Part shown: one piece after another, positions 61,093-64,000 of the stretch
How positions within the stretch are numbered: the first letter of the stretch is position 1
Layout of the letters: every line of letters starts with the position of its first letter
NCBI GenBank assembly: GCA_035626675.1
Contig: DASPNH010000101.1
Coordinates: 3,546 to 67,545 of the forward strand
Length of the DNA stretch: 64,000 bases
Source: Candidatus Binatia bacterium
Lineage (GTDB): Bacteria > Desulfobacterota > Binatia > UBA1149 > CAITLU01
Direction of reading: 5' to 3'
The notes under the pieces: model-generated
Database searches by the model: none
What the model was told of the DNA's origin: nothing
Seen by the model: only the letters and a program-made list of their open reading frames with translations
Position numbers and translations under genes: made by a program

Positions 61093-61916
61093 TGAAGCTG
61101 TCCGGCAAGACGGCCTTCATCACCGGCGCCGGCTCGGGGCTGGGCGCGGCCATCGCAAGGCGCTTCGCATCGGAGGGCGCGCGAGTTTGCGCCACCGACA
61201 TCGACGCGGAGGCCGCGGCCAGGATTGCGGGCGAGTGCGAGGGCGGTCTGGCATTGCGCTGCGACGTCTCGGATTCGCGCTCGGTGGCGGAGGCTTTCGC
61301 TGCCTTCGACGAGAAGATCGGCGCGCTCGACATTCTGGTCAACAATGCCGGCATCATCCATGCGACCGGCGAGTACATGCAGCGCGTCCAGAACCAGATG
61401 CAGGCGCAGGTGATGGAGCGGATGTCGGGAGCACCGGTGACGACCCACATGGATTGCGTCGACCACATCACCGACGAGATGTTCGACCGCATGCTCAAGG
61501 TGCACCTGTACGGCACGTTCTACTGCACCCGCGAGGCGCTGCCGCGCATGCGGCGCCGCGGCCAGGGCGGGCGCATCATCAACATGGCTTCGATCATGGG
61601 CACGGCCGCCGGCGCCGGAGCGCCCGACTATTGCGCGGCCAAGGGCGCCATCCTGGCCTTCACGCGCTCGACGGCGCACGAGGCCTCGAGCTACGGCGTG
61701 CTGATCAATGCGATCGCGCCGGGCTACATCGACACGCCGCTGCTGGCGCCGTTCGAGGAGCGGCAGCGCCAGTTCATCGCGATGCAGACGCCGCTTGCAC
61801 GGCTAGGGCAGGCCGAGGAGATCGCCGCCGCGGCCCTGTTCCTGGCCGGTCCCGATTCCACCTTCGTCACGGGTCAGGTGCTTTCGCCCAACGGCGGAAT
61901 CTACATGTCGCAATGA
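61092..61916 (+). CDS. Short-chain dehydrogenase/reductase (SDR)
   Basis: The cofactor motif is [12 protein letters not shown], with NNAG and the catalytic YCAAKGA. The start overlaps the upstream stop. Confidence 0.88.
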   Translation: MKLSGKTAFITGAGSGLGAAIARRFASEGARVCATDIDAEAAARIAGECEGGLALRCDVSDSRSVAEAFAAFDEKIGALDILVNNAGIIHATGEYMQRVQNQMQAQVMERMSGAPVTTHMDCVDHITDEMFDRMLKVHLYGTFYCTREALPRMRRRGQGGRIINMASIMGTAAGAGAPDYCAAKGAILAFTRSTAHEASSYGVLINAIAPGYIDTPLLAPFEERQRQFIAMQTPLARLGQAEEIAAAALFLAGPDSTFVTGQVLSPNGGIYMSQ

Positions 61917-62938
61917 GCGCGCGACTCCTCGCCATCGCGGCCGCCGCTGTCGTGATGACGGCAGCGCCGGCAGCAGCGGCCACGCTGCTGGTGACGTCGG
62001 CCGCCGATGCGGGCCAGGCCACGCTTCGCGACGCCATCGAGCAGGCCAACGCCAGCGACGACGCGGCGACCATCCAGATCCGCATCGGCGCCGACGAGGT
62101 CATCGAGGTCGCCAGTGCGCTGCCCGAGATCGCGGCCGAAGGCACCGTGCTCGACGGCGGCGGCGCCACCCTGCGCGAAGGCCCGGGCTGCTCGCGCAGC
62201 GGCGGAAAGGAGGGCTGCGACGGAATCGTCGTCACGGGCCCTCGAGTGACGGTGCGAAACCTGACCAGCGCCGGCTTCACGTTCGACGGCGTCTCGGTGC
62301 GCGGTGCCAGGGCTTCGCACGTGCGCGTTCACGACGTCGTCGCGGTCGACAACCTCGACGACGGGATCGGCGTCTCCGATGCCGCCGGTCCGGTCCTGGT
62401 CGAGCGCTGCCTGCTGATGGGCAACGGCTTTCGCACCAAGGGCAAAGGCCTGCTGGTGTTCGACAACTCCGAGGCGACGCTGCGTGACAGCCTGGTGGTG
62501 GCCAACCGCGACGGCGTCACCGTCACCAAGAACAGCGACGTGCGCATCGAGCGCAGCATCATCGTGGGCAGCTTCGACAAGGGGCTGGGCGCGGGAGACG
62601 CGGGCATCACCGGCACCGACGTGCTGATCGCGGCCAACGGCACCGGCGACGAGTTCGAGGCCGAGGTTCCCAACGGCGATGGGCTGCGGCTCTCGCTGCG
62701 CAGCAAGGCCAAGCTCACCAATGCCCGCATCGACGGCAACGGAGACTCGGGCGTGGTCGCCATCGACGGTTCGCGCGTGGAGCTGAGCGGCGGCAGCATC
62801 GCCGGCAACGGCGGCCACGGCGTGCTCGCAGGTCGCGACGCCGTCGTGCGTGCCAGCGGCGTCGTCATCGAAAACAACGCCAAGGGAGCGGTACAGACGA
62901 CCGAGGGCGGCAAGGTCAGCGTCCCGGAGCCACCCTGA
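61913..62938 (+). CDS. Secreted right-handed parallel beta-helix repeat protein (pectate-lyase/NosD-like fold)
   Basis: The signal peptide is [23 protein letters not shown]. PbH1-like repeats follow (NLTSAGFTFDGVSV ... LVVANRDGVTV ...). The start overlaps the SDR stop. Confidence 0.7.
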   Translation: MSARLLAIAAAAVVMTAAPAAAATLLVTSAADAGQATLRDAIEQANASDDAATIQIRIGADEVIEVASALPEIAAEGTVLDGGGATLREGPGCSRSGGKEGCDGIVVTGPRVTVRNLTSAGFTFDGVSVRGARASHVRVHDVVAVDNLDDGIGVSDAAGPVLVERCLLMGNGFRTKGKGLLVFDNSEATLRDSLVVANRDGVTVTKNSDVRIERSIIVGSFDKGLGAGDAGITGTDVLIAANGTGDEFEAEVPNGDGLRLSLRSKAKLTNARIDGNGDSGVVAIDGSRVELSGGSIAGNGGHGVLAGRDAVVRASGVVIENNAKGAVQTTEGGKVSVPEPP

Positions 62939-62950
62939 TAGCCGAACGGG

Positions 62951-62981
62951 GTCAGGTCGAGCCGTGGCCGGCTCGACCTGA
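62951..62981. terminator. GC-rich 13-bp-stem hairpin between convergent genes; a possible bidirectional terminator with no U-tract
   Basis: The hairpin is GTCAGGTCGAGCCG-TGGC-CGGCTCGACCTGA. Confidence 0.35.
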
Positions 62982-63056
62982 GCCATCTCGTCGCGGCTCA
63001 CTCGTTCGCCGCTTGACGTCCAATGGACGGCTCCATCGGAAAGGTGCCCGACCCTG

Positions 63057-64000
63057 CTAATCCAGCTGCGAGTACACGGCGGCTTCGACCGCCATTGCGG
63101 TCTGCACCGCGCCGAGATCGAAGAAGGGCAGGATCTGCGTGAAGAACGCGCCTGCGATGCCGGCGCTGCGGTCGATCCAGTAGTAGGAATTGAAGAGGCC
63201 GGCCCAGTCGCCAGTGCCGGCGCGTCGCATGCCGGGAACGTCCTCGAGCACCAGATGAAGGCCAAGGCCCCAGCTCTGGCAAAAGGGCGGGGTTGCCACG
63301 TCGTTGGAGAGCTCGGGAACTGCCGAAACGATCTCGGTCGGAAGAGCGATGCCGGCGATCTGATCGGTGAACATCAGGTCGCTCGTCTCCTGTTCCAGGA
63401 TGCGATCACCGTCGAGCTCGCCGCCGCGCAACAGCGCGCGTTGGAAGCGGCCGTAGTCTGCAGCCGTGGCGTAGACGCCGTGGCCGCCGGGCCAGAACTC
63501 GGGAGCCCCTTCGAGCTCGAATCCGTTGAGCATCAGCTCGCTACCGACCCGCTGATGCACGGGCATCAGGCGCTGGCACTGCTCCCTGCTCGGCTGGAAC
63601 GTTGCCTCTTTCATCCTCAGCGGCTCGAAGACGTTGCGTGCGAAGTAGGAATCGAGAGAAAGACCGCTTACCGCCTCGACGACCAGACCGAGCCAGTCGG
63701 TGTTGACCCCGTACTCCCAGCGCGTTCCGGGATCGCTCATCAGTGGCGTGCGGATTCCCTCCTTGCGGCCCGTCATCACCGTCGGCGTGTCGGTGACTTC
63801 GTGGTAGCGCAGCAGGTCGGCGTTGCCGAACCAGTAGCTGCAGCCTGCAGTGTGGGTCAGGAGCTGGCGAATCGTGGCCTGACGCGCAGGCGGCCGCAGT
63901 TTCGGCCGGTCGCCGTCGAAGCCGGCGAGGACGGGAAGCTGCCCGAACTCGGGCAGGATGCTCGCGACCTCGGCATCGAGGGAGAGCCGGCCCTGCTCGA
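63057..64000 (-). CDS. Serine hydrolase of the beta-lactamase / penicillin-binding-protein family, partial; the N-terminus lies beyond the window end
   Basis: The reading frame stays open to the window edge (..LLTHTAGCSYWFGNADLLRYHEVTDTPTVMTGRKEG..). The SxxK/YxN-type context cannot be seen in the window. Confidence 0.7.
   Translation of the reverse strand, partial: EQGRLSLDAEVASILPEFGQLPVLAGFDGDRPKLRPPARQATIRQLLTHTAGCSYWFGNADLLRYHEVTDTPTVMTGRKEGIRTPLMSDPGTRWEYGVNTDWLGLVVEAVSGLSLDSYFARNVFEPLRMKEATFQPSREQCQRLMPVHQRVGSELMLNGFELEGAPEFWPGGHGVYATAADYGRFQRALLRGGELDGDRILEQETSDLMFTDQIAGIALPTEIVSAVPELSNDVATPPFCQSWGLGLHLVLEDVPGMRRAGTGDWAGLFNSYYWIDRSAGIAGAFFTQILPFFDLGAVQTAMAVEAAVYSQLD

Overview
This 64-kb window is roughly 70% GC and reads as a chromosomal core region, not a mobile island. 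I found no transposases, phage genes or CRISPR arrays. Cys-rich CxxDGNxCNG repeats and dockerin-like C-terminal modules in two secreted proteins, together with Pseudomonas-like synteny (hisC-tyrA-aroA-cmk-rpsA-ihfB), point to a delta-proteobacterium or Myxococcota-like organism. That taxonomic call is an inference.

I can support about 55 CDS and one tRNA:
- Housekeeping genes: mutS, glnD, xerD, trpS, scpA-scpB-rluB, a copA-type P-type ATPase, moaA, aroG, ilvD, cbpA-cbpM and rnhA.
- RNA gene: an initiator tRNA-fMet with its own promoter-like signal and terminator.
- Accessory-looking genes: trypsin-like, M10-like and subtilisin-like proteases; a large Cys-rich beta-helix exoprotein; DUF1329; a QueG-like Fe-S protein fused to an SCP2 domain; a tandem pair of acyl-CoA dehydrogenases; and proteins with HEAT, Sel1, ankyrin, FGE-like and beta-helix domains.

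The best candidate for an undescribed system is a ChlI-like AAA+ ATPase with visibly degenerate Walker A and B motifs, paired with a CoxE-like VWA protein. The VWA gene overlaps the mutS start by 4 nt, so the three genes look like one operon.

Other items worth a second look:
- A 39-bp repeat array that is readable in two frames, as an acidic ScpB tail and a basic RluB head.
- A perfect 21-bp palindrome, TTAAGGGGAC-N-GTCCCCTTAA, present at two distant intergenic sites with related copies nearby.
- A 35-bp tandem duplication across a stop codon.
- A triplicated direct repeat in a divergent promoter region.
- A terminator-like hairpin inside the aroG leader.
- RNase HI with a C-terminal hybrid-binding-like domain.

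Every call comes from reading the translations and the DNA by eye. I ran no database searches.
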